The position numbers and the translations under genes were made by a program. From the NCBI GenBank assembly GCA_964016885.1, contig OZ024742.1:135656001-135720000 (forward strand): DNA of 64,000 nucleotides, read 5' to 3'. The notes beneath the pieces were generated by a model. That model ran no database searches. It had not been told where the DNA came from and worked only from the letters and a program-made list of their open reading frames with translations. This stretch comes from Eledone cirrhosa. Its lineage: Eukaryota. Every line of letters starts with the position of its first letter. Position 1 is the first letter of the stretch. Positions 12,768-26,288 of the stretch are shown here, piece by piece.

Positions 12768-13359
12768 GCACAAGCGCACTCTTAAATACATTCACATGGA
12801 CGCACACACAAACACGTACACACTCAAAAACGAGCACTCGCACATACACCCTGAGATATATAGTTATAGAATGAGAGATTGAAATTTATCTGTATGTGTG
12901 TAAGTGCATTCATGTCTCTGTGTGTTTCTCGATGGGTGAGTCGGAGATTGGATTCCATCGCCTTGTTACCAAGACGGTTTCGTTTTTCTTCAATGTTATC
13001 TATCCAGAGCAGTACTTGCCAGTTTGCTTTTTCTTTTCCCTTTTGCCATTTGTGAAATCAATAAAACTCGGTCACCTCTTTTTAAAAACAATTTAATAAA
13101 ATAAATTCCAAAATTGTCTTACACTAATATCTGCTTGTTTATTATAAGGGCCAATAACGTTGCTAGAACTTCATGTAATCCTAAGGTAATAATTCCAATG
13201 AGATCAAGTGAGGAGAGTTATTATTTTTGTAATAGACTTTCATCAGATCAGATTCCGTTGTGCTTTCTAAACGAAATACAGCGTGAAATATATATCTACG
13301 TGTGTGTGTTTTTCTTAATTTATTATATTTTTCTTACTTTATTCTTTTAAATTGAGTCT

Positions 13360-13450
13360 ATTGTTCATAGTTAGTATTTTCTTCACCCTAGCCAATCTGG
13401 TCCCTTACGATTTGAACACATAGGTATATATCTGTGTTTATGTCTTTTCT
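13360..13450 (+). repeat. Dispersed repeat, second copy at about 35290-35380
   Basis: atagttagtat...ttcaccctagc.aatctggtc.ctta.gatttgaaca at both loci. Confidence 0.7.
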
Positions 13451-13476
13451 ATATTCAATTATATTACATGGCCCTG

Positions 13477-13524
<48 letters not shown>

Positions 13525-13976
13525 GGCAACACATTCAGCAACACATTTTTTTACACGTGGCTCTAATTCACTCAATTGTAGAAATGAGATACGAAGTTAC
13601 TGGTTCTAAATTAAATATATTGTACTATAAACACCATTGTTTTACGGGTATTAGTCTAGTATATTTATGTCAAGATATGGTAAACGACCATAGAATACGA
13701 TGAACATGGGTCTCGATCTGAACTACATCGTTATGATAAAAGAAAGGTGCAGCGTTCTCCATTAAATGGAGGATACAGGAGAATTTCGACCCCTTATGTC
13801 AATGGAAGAAATTCTGCCATCTGTGAAACTCGGCGAATTGGTATCTACTCTCGCATCTGGTTTCAGGGAAAGGCTACTTCAATACTCGCCTCGAATATTT
13901 CAGTCGATGTCCTCATGAAGACATAATCCGCTAGATGAAACAAGCGTCCACGAGTAAGGTCTGTTAATTTGTTGTT

Positions 13977-14013
<37 letters not shown>

Positions 14014-14066
14014 ACTTTTCTACCTATCTATCAATCTACTAATATTTACACACACACACAAACACA

Positions 14067-14098
<32 letters not shown>

Positions 14099-14129
14099 CA
14101 CACGCACACACACACACATATATATATAC

Positions 14130-14308
14130 AGGAAAAGAGTCAGGACCCCGACGGCTGAGCTCCCGTAGGGTTAGTTCAGATCTAGCTGTCGAAAAGGCCG
14201 GAGCTCACCCGTCGGGGTCCTTTCCTATTACCCACTCTACTACCCTAAGTATTGAGTACTCTGGTGTGTTATGGTCCACCTGGTTCCTTACCACACTACC
14301 TTCGTTTT
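14130..14308 (+). mobile_element. Short non-autonomous repeat family A (fold-back)
   Basis: Shares ctaccctaagtattgagtact.tggtg.gttatggtcca and gaccccgacgg with 36680-36888 and 60228-60423. Internal inversion ggaccccgacgg...ccgtcggggtcc. Confidence 0.7.
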
Positions 14309-14339
14309 ATATATATATATATATACATATATATGTATA

Positions 14340-14377
<38 letters not shown>

Positions 14378-14535
14378 AATACATATATATATATATATAT
14401 ATAATTCTAATTATATTTTTAATATTCGGCAAGGCCAACCGTAGCTCGCTCGTTATGCGAATGAGGCTACTCAGCCGATGTGTACCTAAGAAAATATTAT
14501 ACATTTTCAACCGTTCAACAGAATGACAATGATAT

Positions 14536-14578
14536 ACAGTCCTGATGAAGGGTAATGACCCAGAGACATGTCGATTGT
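14536..14578 (+). ncRNA. Minimal type-I hammerhead ribozyme motif with one core substitution
   Basis: Stem I ACAGTC/GATTGT, core CTGATGA (14542-14548), stem II GGGT-aatg-ACCC, GAGAC instead of GAAAC, palindromic stem III ACATGT, GTC triplet. Confidence 0.55.
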
Positions 14579-14654
14579 TCCTCAAAGCCAGTGTTGAACA
14601 AGCAGGTGACGACGGGTCATCGGCATAACTTCAAGCGAATCTAACATTATTATT

Positions 14655-14990
14655 AATCCCGCCGAGGTCAACATTGATTTTCATCCTTACGGGGTCGATA
14701 AAATAAAGTACCAGTAATGCACTGGGTTATTGCTGGCCTTGTGCCTAACGTAGAAACAATTATTAATGTTCGAATTGGCGGTGGACTGGCAGTATCGGTA
14801 GAGGGTCGGACGCCATGCTTTGACGCATAGAGTTACGGTCCTTGCCATTCTGAGTTCAAATCCCGATGATGTTTACTTTGCCGTTCATCCTTACGGGGTC
14901 GATAAAATAAAGTACCAGTAATGTACTGGGTTATTGATGTCTTTGTGGAGTAATGTACTGGGTAATACTGCCAAAAGCAGAAACAATTAT
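14655..14990 (+). mobile_element. Two tandem young SINEs (5'-truncated 14655-14762; full length about 14777-14990)
   Basis: Both match the 5839 SINE. They sit in an ATTATTAATGTTCGA site whose empty version is at about 21835-21860. Confidence 0.85.
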
Positions 14991-15204
14991 TAATTGTCGA
15001 TATAACCCATACGTACATATGTATGTGTATGTATGTATATATACATGTGTATGTATGTATATATACATGTGTATGTATGTATATATACATGTGTATGTAT
15101 GTATATGTATGTGTGTGTGTGTGTACTCGGCCATACTTACATTTATCTATATATACACATATATTTATGTGTGTATGTATGCATGTATATATGCTATCAA
15201 TAAT

Positions 15205-15389
15205 TATTTCTACTGTTGGCACAAGGCCAGCAAATCACCAGTACATTACTGGTACTTTATTTTATCGACCCCGTAAGGATGAAAGGCAAAGTCAACCTCG
15301 GCGGGATTTGAACTCAGATCGTTAAGGGACGTAACTATCTTGGAAAGCATGGCGTCCGACCCTCTACCGATACTGCCAATCCACCGCCT
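15205..15389 (-). mobile_element. Young SINE, 19-bp TSD
   Basis: TSD tatatatgctatc(a/g)ataat at 15186-15204 and 15390-15408. Confidence 0.9.
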
Positions 15390-16332
15390 TATATATGCTA
15401 TCGATAATGCCAGCACTAAAGATGTCCGCAAATACGATCAATCATACATAATGCGTAATTTGCGTTTTTATAAATTAATGGATTTGCATAGGGGGCGCTT
15501 TGTAGTTTATGTCGATTACTGAGAAACGGAAGTGATTGACAATATAAATATTATTCTAATAAATTATTTCTGAAAATATAATTATAATTATATAAATAGT
15601 CAGAAGTATATGTACTAATGACATACAGGATTAAATGAAAAGGTAAATTCGGAAAATTAACAAGTTATAAGAACAGATGTAGTGTCAGAAGCCAGGAGCA
15701 CGTGATTGGAACGCGAATTTCTTATTGAAGTAATATGCTTGAAATGAAAAATGCGTGTTCTGTGATGTGTGTGACTGTGTATGTGTGTATGTGTATAAGG
15801 GTGTGTGTTTATTTTAACGACTTACAAAGATATATATATAAGTAAACATACAAACGCAAAAGGTTTCAAACACACACACACACACACACACATATAGATA
15901 TATGCATGTGTGTATATATGTGTGTGTGTGTGTGCGTACATACATACAAACATACATACATGCGTACATTCATACATACACCCAGACACATGTTTATTCA
16001 TAATTCCAAAGGGTTGGTATTCTAGTTATTAATTCCCTGCTGTCAGCCTTTTGCATTTGTGTGAATTTCTAAATTATGCTTGTTATAATAAATTTATATT
16101 ATTCTACAATGAAGCTGCAGGCTTCTAAGCTCCAACAGACAGAAGTCCCTAACGATTGTTTAATGAGATACAAATCTTGTCGGTTTGATATCTCACATCT
16201 TGCTTCGGAAATGAACTATCCACGACTTCTTCAATGTTCAAAGAGATTCTGAATGCATCTTAATTACACCTATCGTATATGATTTCCATACTCTCTCTCA
16301 CACACACAGACACGTGCACACACACACAAACA

Positions 16333-16400
<68 letters not shown>

Positions 16401-16482
16401 TATAGTAGTAATAATAATAAATAGGAAGACTAAAATCCGAAAATCATATATATATATATATATATATTTATAGAATAGACAC

Positions 16483-17060
16483 TCATGTAGAACATCTTAC
16501 ACAAAAATACACTACTACCAACGGGTAGATGCCAGTAAAGTAATCTAAAATAAGAAACAATCCACTTGCATCATACATTAGTGGTAGAATTTTAGTTAAG
16601 CAACCTAAATCAAGAGGGTAACTGCAGTTTCAAGAGTAACGAACACTACTGACCATCTCAATAGGTTAAGATGTTCAGTTCTGCCTATCATCAGAGGAGG
16701 TTTTGATTATTAATAGAAGAAAAGGATACATTACCGTGTTGTTGAACATCATATGTCTTAAAAGAACTATCCTGGTGTACAATTATTCATGCATGCGTAA
16801 ATCGATTAACATGGTAAATATTCGTATATCACGGACAAAGTGTCAAGTCTAAAATGGCCACTAAAAATAGCAGCCAATGTAAACCGTCTATCAACACAAT
16901 ATTTAGCAAATATCATACATAAGTAACATTTGACAGTGATATATTTAACATCTCAATAAAAAAAATAATTGCTAATTCAGAGAAATATGTACATATAGAA
17001 GACCTTACACAAACATACAGTAATACCAACGGGTAAATCCCAGTAAAATAATATAAAATT
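16483..17060. repeat. About 70-bp diverged direct repeats bracketing about 440 bp
   Basis: cat.tagaa.a.cttacacaaa.ataca.ta.taccaacgggta.at.ccagtaaa.taat.taaaat at about 16483-16550 and about 16992-17059. Confidence 0.6.
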
Positions 17061-17279
17061 ATCTAACCATCTTGCTCGGCGTCTAACCTTGAGTCTTCTG
17101 GCGGTTGGTTTTGCCCGTAAAATCTGTCCGGCAATTCATTACTGAGATATTCTAACCACATGCCCATAATAGTGGCTCTAACTGGAATGACTCTCTAATC
17201 TCCCAACTACGCACTCTATCGAGTAACGTTACTCGAAAAACTCTTCAGAGGAACGCATTTCGCCTGCTTGTCCTCGTGA

Positions 17280-17555
17280 TTGTATTCTTTCGGTCATTAT
17301 CCAAGATTCACGAATACCGAATTGATGGTCCTGCACTGTTTATAGCATCCCTCGACGAGGCTGAAGAGTTGCTGAAACGCTTCTTGCTTGCCTGTGAAAC
17401 ATTTCGTTTATCAAAAAGCATTAAGGAGACTGACATGTTATATCACCAAGGCCAACCACCCCCAGAGATGTAGATGTTGGGCATGGATAGCTGCTGATGG
17501 CTAAGTATGGGAAATCCTTTACTTACCCTGGTGAGTCCCTGGATAATGAAATCGT
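17280..17555 (+). pseudogene. RTE-type reverse transcriptase fragment
   Basis: IHEYRIDGPAL...LLKRFLLACETFRLSKSIKETDML resembles the RTE region around and after FADD, followed by FTYP..., LDNEI. Confidence 0.55.
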
Positions 17556-17669
17556 TATACACACACACACACAGATATCGTAATAATAAATGTGAAAACT
17601 ATAATCGGAAGAGGGCTAGAAAAGTGAAGGGTGAAAGCAGCGATTCTTTGCTTTAACTTTAATCTGTTC

Positions 17670-17757
<88 letters not shown>

Positions 17758-17766
<9 letters not shown>

Positions 17767-17883
17767 CGTAAAATAAGAAAATTTTTAAAAAAATTTTAAA
17801 AATTAACTTACTTACTAAAATTTAGTAAGTAAGTTAATTTTTTAAATTTTTTTTTTTATTTTCTTACTTTACGTCTTTTATAT
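17758..17883. repeat. About 63-bp-arm imperfect palindrome adjoining (TA)n
   Basis: aaaagacgtaaaataagaaaa...aacttacttactaaaa|tttagtaagtaagtt...ttttcttactttacgtctttt. Confidence 0.85.
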
Positions 17884-18019
17884 TATTGTTCTGCATCCTC
17901 CTGCATTGAACCACCTAGGTACTATGACATAACCTGTGTATTTGCTAGCATTAGCGTACATCTGTACGCATATGTTAGTAGATATACTAAATTCTATATA
18001 TATATATATATATATATAT

Positions 18020-18150
18020 GAAAAAGTATGACCCCGACGGCAGAGCTTAAGCCGTTTCGACGGCTATTTCTGGACTAAATTAGAATTTTTAGCCTGGTGA
18101 ATAAAAAGCCGAACTTGTCAAGGGGGTACTTCCTTATATGGGAAGAATTG
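18020..18150 (-). mobile_element. Repeat family A copy with degenerate hammerhead-like fold
   Basis: Reverse complement aligns with 36680-36800. Minus strand reads TTGACAA...cggct.ttt...aaatagccg-tc-GAAAC. Confidence 0.65.
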
Positions 18151-18264
18151 CAGTTGTGTATATATATTATATATATATATATGAATGTATGTATAGTAAT
18201 GTTTGGCAATATACTGTATGTTTAATGAATTTTTTTTTCTCTCTACATGACTGAATACAATAAA

Positions 18265-18470
18265 TCTAATCTGATTTTTTCGAATATTAATAATAATATT
18301 CGATTCGTTTGCAATAATGCAAACAGACTCTTTTACAGTTCGGTTTACATGCCAACAGAGGAGCAACAATGAGGGGCTCATTCTACTGACATGGCTTTAA
18401 TTAAAGAGGGTGTTTGCATAATTGCAAATGAATTGAATATTACTATTGATATTCGAAAAACTCAAATTAC
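18265..18470. repeat. Inverted repeat with about 65-bp arms, related to the end of repeat family B
   Basis: ttttcgaatattaataataatattcgattcgtttgcaataatgcaaac versus gtttgcataattgcaaatgaattgaatattactattgatattcgaaaa. The same motif occurs at about 58350-58400. Confidence 0.7.
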
Positions 18471-18476
18471 ACACAC

Positions 18477-18520
<44 letters not shown>

Positions 18521-19699
18521 TTTGGTCATATACAAATATAAATAAAATATCTTTACTCAGCATTTTAAATGTTATTAAAATCCAAATGGTATGACTGACA
18601 TATTTAATCCTTTAAATATGAACTTCATGTACGATATAAACATGTAGTTTATGCATGACGTTTGTCTGGCCAAAATCTGATATCGAGGAAACTCAAGCTC
18701 TATTTTACGTACGATATGTTGGAGCTAAATCATTTGATCATGTGATTTTTATGAATATGTTGCTGTTGTTATTGTTGGTTCTATTATTTTTTTCTGTGAT
18801 GGTGGGGCCCATGGTAACAACGTATGCGTAATGAGACTAATGTGTCGCACCGGAACTGCTTAAATTGCATACCACTGAGTAATTATTCTGCTTAATATAG
18901 ATTAAGGAACGGATTAAAGCTGTAATATGTATGTATATATGTATTTATAATGTGCTAGTATAAATGTATGTTCAAAGGAGTGCGTTAAATTTGATATGCG
19001 GGGGCGAGCCATTTATGGAAATAGGCATGTATGCTTGTGCATGTGTGTGGTGTGTATGGATGTGTGTGTGTGTGATTGCGTGTGTATGTGTCTGTGTGTG
19101 TGTGTTTCTGTGTGTATGTGTGTGTATGTGTGTGTATGTGTGTGCGTGCGTGTGTGTGTGTGTATGTGTGTGCGTGTGTGTGTATGTGTATGTGTGTAAG
19201 TGTGCGTGTGTATGTATATGTGTGTATGTGCGTGTGTGTGTGTATGGATGGGTGTGTATGTGTGTGTGTGTGTGTGTGTGTCTGACGGAGAAAGAATAGT
19301 TGAACATGTTTAAGTATTTTAAAAAAATACATATGGTGTACATTGAGATATGAATGTCAACATTATTATTGCGTCATTAAGAAAATATATATAAAATGGC
19401 AACAACTCCCATACAGGACATACAATCATACACACATATACACGAACAGACAGATTCTACACACACACAACACACACACACACGTACGCACGCACACGCA
19501 CCACCCCCACCCCCCCCCCACACACACACAAAGAAACGCTCAATTACACATTCAAGCACAGATTTCCGAATTTAATAATCTTGAAATATTTGACATTACT
19601 TTCATTAAATCATTAGAAAAATGTGTCAGATAAGCTCCAGACGAAATTCTTAAGACAAACCAATATATTGGTTACCGATTTTTTTAGGAGTCAAATTAT

Positions 19700-20560
19700 G
19701 TAACACATTAACGTTTATAGAAATTAGATTTCACCAATAACCCCATTTGCATACTTATCAACTCTGCCAGAACCGAGAAAGACCTAGTTAGTAAATATAT
19801 TTTATGAAAATGATTGTCATCATAAAAGCAACGAACTGACCTACTACATTTAGACAAATCCCAATGTTTCATCAACTGACTTAACACATTTAACACCAAA
19901 AACAGTTCCAGATTCATCCAGTTAGACATGATAGATTTTTACTAGATATAGAAAACGTTATTAGATAGACATTTTGAAATGTTAAGATTAATGTAAGAAA
20001 AAGATTCTTAGCTATAGAGAAAAGCTTTTTCCCCTCTAGGTTACAGATATCGACATACTTTAGTAAACATACCATTAACATCGGCTATTCTTGTACCAGA
20101 AAGGATGTCTCCTGCATCATCGAAAACCAATGAGCACCTACACAAAAGATTGATACTGCAGAGAACCAGAGGCATTGCCCCTGGACGGAGCATAGAATGA
20201 AGTATCAGTGATATATAAAGCTAAGGTGACCACGATTCAAACAAACCAACACCAGGATGTAAGATCCTATGTGTGAATTTCGGAAGGCCAATTTAAAAAC
20301 CACTTCAAAAAATGAGACTGCATTCACTTATCCGGAAAATGATGAGGCACTAAACTCTCAAAACACCGGCAGAGTGTTTAAAAGAGCAACTTGAATGCCT
20401 CCTTCATATGAAAGATTATAGAAACATCCTGGCTCTATACAAATGGTTGGATGATGTGTCAGGTAAAGCAGAAAATAGAATATATTGAATAAGATGCACA
20501 ACTCTAATATCTGTCTGAACACGAGATCAGTTTTCTTTAACCGCTGCCCACACCCAATCT
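19700..20560 (+). pseudogene. Penelope-like element remnant (RT plus GIY-YIG endonuclease)
   Basis: RFIQLDMIDF (Penelope RT motif), HCPLDG...SVIYKAKV, YV*ISEGQFK, TKLSKH, YTNG..MCQ, LNTRS...CPH. Confidence 0.65.
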
Positions 20561-21009
20561 AATTTATTTTGAATCTGGAAAAGTCCATATTTACCAGATA
20601 AAAAAAATGTTTATACCACAGGTTACACATACACACCACGCATATTTACTTCCGCATGTAGCCTCCTCTATAAACAATGCTTTGTATTACCATATCAGAT
20701 ACCATTATATGTTGCACCCTCATTTTGTACCCTCAGTTGGTTAAAATAAAATTAGCACACAAACCGAAGTATTATTTCATAAATGTGCCTATTTAATCTA
20801 AGGCGTGAAACTAGCAGATAACCTAATGCGCTAGGTTATCTATTATATATATACAGGTGTGAATTTTGCTTCACAAGCCAGTAGCATTAGGTTCAATAAC
20901 TCTGTGTAGATTTTTTAGGAACTTCCGTTCTTTCTACATTAGACTCGAATTAACCAATGCTACCAAGTTGGTAAGCGAAAGCTGTAGAAATTCGAGGTGT
21001 ATATATAAA

Positions 21010-21411
21010 TCACCTTGATCACCTTGACCGACCAGTCTGTTGGGCGCCATTCGGCGCCGCTGGTCACAGCACGTGCTGTTTTAGCCATACGATGACGCCA
21101 TCCCACTGGCTGGCCATAAGTCTAAAGTCTGTCTTAAGCCAGAAGGCTCATTTGGCCTGCGCTTATCCCGATTTCATGGTGTGAAGCGACTGAGAGTACA
21201 AGACCCCCCCCCCTCCCTGGACAGGACGCCAGTCCATCGCAGGATTAAAGCTCAGGCTATTGCATGTAGTCATTTTCAGGTGAGTAAACTGGAGCAACGT
21301 GAAATAAAGTGTCTTGCTCAAGGAAACAACACATCACCCGGTCCGAGAATTGACCTCACAACCTTTCGATTGCAAGCCTACTGCTCCACCCACTAAGCCA
21401 TGCGCCTTCAC
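21010..21411 (-). mobile_element. Second tRNA-head SINE family (CCTTGAGCAAGACACTT central motif)
   Basis: Minus strand reads gtgaaggcgcatggcttagtgg (A-box)...ccttgagcaagacactttatttcacgttgctccag. Diverged copies at about 40428-40560 and about 41085-41345 (+). Confidence 0.75.
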
Positions 21412-21447
<36 letters not shown>

Positions 21448-21471
21448 GGGGGGGGTATGTGTGTGTGTGTA

Positions 21472-21870
21472 TGTAAAAGTTAAACAGAAATAACAACACA
21501 CTCGATACAATGTATGGAAGGGATATATTAGGTTAACGCTTGATATAGCAGGAAGAGGGTTTAACGTTTCGGATGCTAGTCCTTCATCAGAAGAAATGAA
21601 TGAGAAATAAGATAGATTGAGGGGACGGGTGGGTTGGAATTGGAAAAAATGTCTTTAGATAAAAATAACAGGTCCATTCATATTGACATCTCTTGCAAAA
21701 CTGTTGGTGCTGGCGTTTTGTGTATGATTTATTTTTCAGAAAAGTGGATGAGCCAGTGTTGAATAAAAAGGTAGCGATCGGTCACCGGTACGGCACATCT
21801 TCAAATCAGGCCGTTTGTTTACAAACGAATCGAGCATTATTCTTAATGTTCGATATAACCCATACGTACA
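21472..21870 (-). mobile_element. Short repeat family B with hammerhead core
   Basis: Homologous to 57815-58010. Minus strand 21590-21562 reads CTGATGA-A-GGA-ctagca-TCC-GAAAC-GTTA; stem I is weak. Confidence 0.65.
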
Positions 21871-21905
21871 TATGTATATGTATATATGTATGTGTACATA
21901 TATAC

Positions 21906-21941
<36 letters not shown>

Positions 21942-22111
21942 ACGTGTGAATACTTACATTTATACATATATATAGCTATATATGTATAATATATATATTT
22001 ATTAAAGTAACAGATTATATCTGTTATTTTAATAAATATTTGCTCTACGATGTTATATATTTATATATATATATATTATCCTTATCCTTACTTATTGAGC
22101 CCTCTTCGTAT

Positions 22112-22182
<71 letters not shown>

Positions 22183-23973
22183 GAGAGAGTGAGAGAGAAC
22201 AAGAGATGTAAAATCAAGATCGCGGCAACAAGCGGTTTCGGCTTGTGCTATGATTTGTGATTTATAACACATGTAAATTAGGTCAATTGAACTTCTGCAA
22301 ACAGATAATTGTGTACTGGTGTTACAAATTAGTATTTACTATGTCAATGCAATAGTTTTGACAGATGTAGATGGTCACTCATAATCTCTTACAGTATTTT
22401 ACTTACATTCTACAAAAGTCTGATTTATGAATCTCCCGTGATCATCATTGTATTTAGGTTCTGCATGATTGACAATATAAGCACAGCAGGTAATCTTTAC
22501 AGTCAATCGTATCTTTAATGAATTCTTAACATCACCGAGGAGTTAGGAGTAAAGAAACCAATGACGAATCTTATAACAAACCTAAATTCTTACAACAATT
22601 GTTAAACTCCTATCAAGCTCATTAAAAATAAAGAATGAATATTTCAACCTGAACATCTGTCCTATATATTACATTTAATTAAAAGAACAAGGTTAATATT
22701 TTGTTGGGTTGAAATATATAAATATCCAAACTCATATTTTCTCCTGTAGTTTTATGTCTGAAGCCTCGCACCTGATTAAAGTAATTCATTAATATGTGTA
22801 CTATAGGAGGTTTCAAGTCTGTCAGTGTCAAGCCGATACTGTTCATTTACAAATTCTACCCGCCAACAGTGAAATTTTGACACGTTTAATGCTAAGAAAA
22901 TGGTCATACACAGGTAATGCAATCGCTAGCATGATTTCTTAATTTAAGAAATTTCGATTATGAAGTCTCGTCACGTGATGTCTTTAATATTTACTTTTCA
23001 TTTTTGCTTAATACTTAGTTAACTCTCTACTATTTGAGTTATGGTTATCGTTAAGGGTGGTGTTTAGCGCCATTTTAATCTTCATTGAACAGACGTAAAT
23101 TAAAACGACTTTTAGCTATGACCTATCACATCTATCTCTCGAGCTTTGCGTATCCATCAAATTATCCAATTTTTCAAGACAGTAAGTTATACTCTGAGAT
23201 TTAGCTGTTATTTCTTGAAAACTATGTTTGCTGGCAAACATAGAGAGAACATTCTCCCGTTCTATCGATCTCTAATATCACGAGATGCGTGAAGACAGAG
23301 GTGCACTAATTTTGAGGTAGTATTAAGCCATAGATTCTTTAGTTTGGACGGTTGTTACAAATGACCTTCATGAAATGCCATAATTTCAAATGCTATCTTG
23401 CCAAGAATGAAATAACTTTAAGCCTGCTGAAAAGCAATTAATCACGTTTATATAAAAAGAAAATCTTAATATAATAAATTGTAATTAATAATTTATAATT
23501 CATAAGCACTACACAATGACGCAAATACACTCTGTCGGGGCCCAGATTGACCAATGACCGAACAAAATGGCTATGGAAGGCTGCAGCTCCTGCTGTGCGC
23601 CTATGGGCTCTTTAAGCTGGGGATTTTATAAGGAATGTATAATGTAATTTGTAGACCCCAGATGGATGGAAGGCAATATCTATCCGAAAGTCAAACTGAG
23701 TGTAAAATCCCACTAGCATAAATAGACATTGTCTTCATCTCATCAAGATCAATGAAACAATTATCACTAATAGACTGCAGCTAATTAGTCCACTGGCTGT
23801 ATCCTCTCTTTGAACAATGAGCTTTGTGTTTGAATAAGCACCATATAATGTAAAATGCAATATATGCGAGACTGATCATTAGTATATATTCACACATAAC
23901 ACTAACACAAACTTAAATACGCATGTTTTCTATGTGTGTTTATACACACACACACAGTCACACAAATATATAT

Positions 23974-24004
<31 letters not shown>

Positions 24005-24048
24005 TCATAAGAGAGGAAAACAAAGAGGTTGAACAGGAGAGTAGTGAG

Positions 24049-24089
<41 letters not shown>

Positions 24090-24105
24090 CATATATATAC
24101 ATACA

Positions 24106-24176
<71 letters not shown>

Positions 24177-24187
24177 ATGTATGTATT

Positions 24188-24248
<61 letters not shown>

Positions 24249-25461
24249 TTGTATGTATGTTTGTGTGTGTCTATGTATACTTTTGTGGTAGAAGTGTGAA
24301 ATGCATACATATAAAGAAGCAATTGATCGAAACATATATACAGGAATATATATCATATATAAATATATATTTAACGAATGTTGTTTTAGTTTAAAATAAT
24401 TACATTATCCAGCTGTTATTAACAAAACGAAAGGCAACAATCAACTGTCCTCACACATATTTACACTAATGAACTCACAAAACCAACTAATATATATATA
24501 TACACGCATATGTTCACCATGGATACTAATGCATAAACGAGCGTGCATAATTTTGTACACATTAATATATAATATACTGTATGAACTTCCTGCACAATGG
24601 TGGTCACCATGACACTTAAAGTATTATTCTTATAATGCTTTCTGCCACTCATAATACGGATTCCTAATGTAAATATTGAACATCACATTTTGAGAAGAAG
24701 ACGGAAAATGGACCTCCATCGGTTTCGACGACGAATGTGACACTTGTACGATCAATGGAACAGCCTGCTCATGAAATTAATGCTCAAGTGGTTGAACATT
24801 CCAGTGATACATGCACACTTAACGGAATTGTGGAAAGATTCAGCGTGACACACCTTGAATGAAATTTACGGTCCAACTAACGCGCATCAAACGGGCATCA
24901 CTTACAAATTGTGAGTCAACCGGAAGCTATGATAACTGACTCTTGCCCTGGATGCCACAAATTATGACATAATCATTCTGAAGCTAACTCATGCTGCGAT
25001 CTTTTGAGAAAGGGATATAGTTACTTAATCGACCTCAGAAGGATGATAAACAAAGTTGGCTTCGTCAGAATTTTCGTAAGAATATAAATGAAACTAAATA
25101 TTGAAAATCATGTTGTCCAATCTAACAGAACTACAACACAAACTTATTTCCCAATAATGCTTTCTAATTTAAAAACTTCGTGAGAAGAGGAATATTTATT
25201 AAAAAAACTCCAGTACTTCACTGATCATTTAGAATCGCCGCCAGTACTTAACTGTAATTGATTGTCCTTCTATTTTTCTCTGAAAGAAATCTATGTTTAG
25301 AACTGAAGAGGTGATGGGCTCCGTCAGGTTTTAAAATTGCCCTAAATACGCCGTATGTCAACACGACGCCCCTATGACTCCTCCATGTAAACACTAAAAC
25401 ACATATCAGACACATTGCTCTATCTGTTCAGTCACTCATAGTTTATCTGTCTAATGAAATA

Positions 25462-25849
25462 ATTATTTCTACTTTTCGCACAAGGCCAGCAATTACCCCG
25501 TACATTACTGGTACTTTATTTATCGACCCCATAAGGATGAAAGGCAAAGTTAAACTCGGCGGGATTTGAAATCAGTATGTAAAGGGACGTAACTCTGTGT
25601 TGCAAAGCATGGCATCCGATCCTCTACCGATACTGCCAATCCACCGCCCTCTAATGAAATAACTGTTTCTAATTTTCGCACAAGGCCAGCAATTACTCCA
25701 GTGTATTACTGGTACTTTATTTTATCACCCCGTAAGGATGAAAGGCAAAGTTAAACTCGGCGGGATTTGAACTCAAACCATAAAAGGCCGTAACTCTTTG
25801 CTGCAAAGCATGGCATCTGACCCTCTACCGATACTGCCAATCCACCACC
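25462..25849 (-). mobile_element. Tandem pair of young SINEs with an exact 200-bp period
   Basis: TCTAATGAAATA at 25450-25461, 25650-25661 and 25850-25861. Confidence 0.9.
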
Positions 25850-26131
25850 TCTAATGAAATAGTACATGTACATATCATATATTTTCTCCGACTTCCTCAC
25901 AATTCTGCCAATCCGTTACATTTATATATTTGTATATATATAATGTATTGGTGTGATGGTGGGCACATTGGGCTGGATAACCACAGATGTGGGTTTGACT
26001 CCCCGGTACGCCAATACTCATCTTTTTTTTTCCGTATAGAGTATTTAAAACCCAACTATCAGGCTAATTTTCTTTAGTCGAAATATGGTGAAAGCTTCTA
26101 TTTCTAACCCGTCTTCAAAACAACACGCTGG

Positions 26132-26179
<48 letters not shown>

Positions 26180-26212
26180 ATAAATATGTGCGTATGCGTG
26201 TGTATATGTATA

Positions 26213-26288
<76 letters not shown>

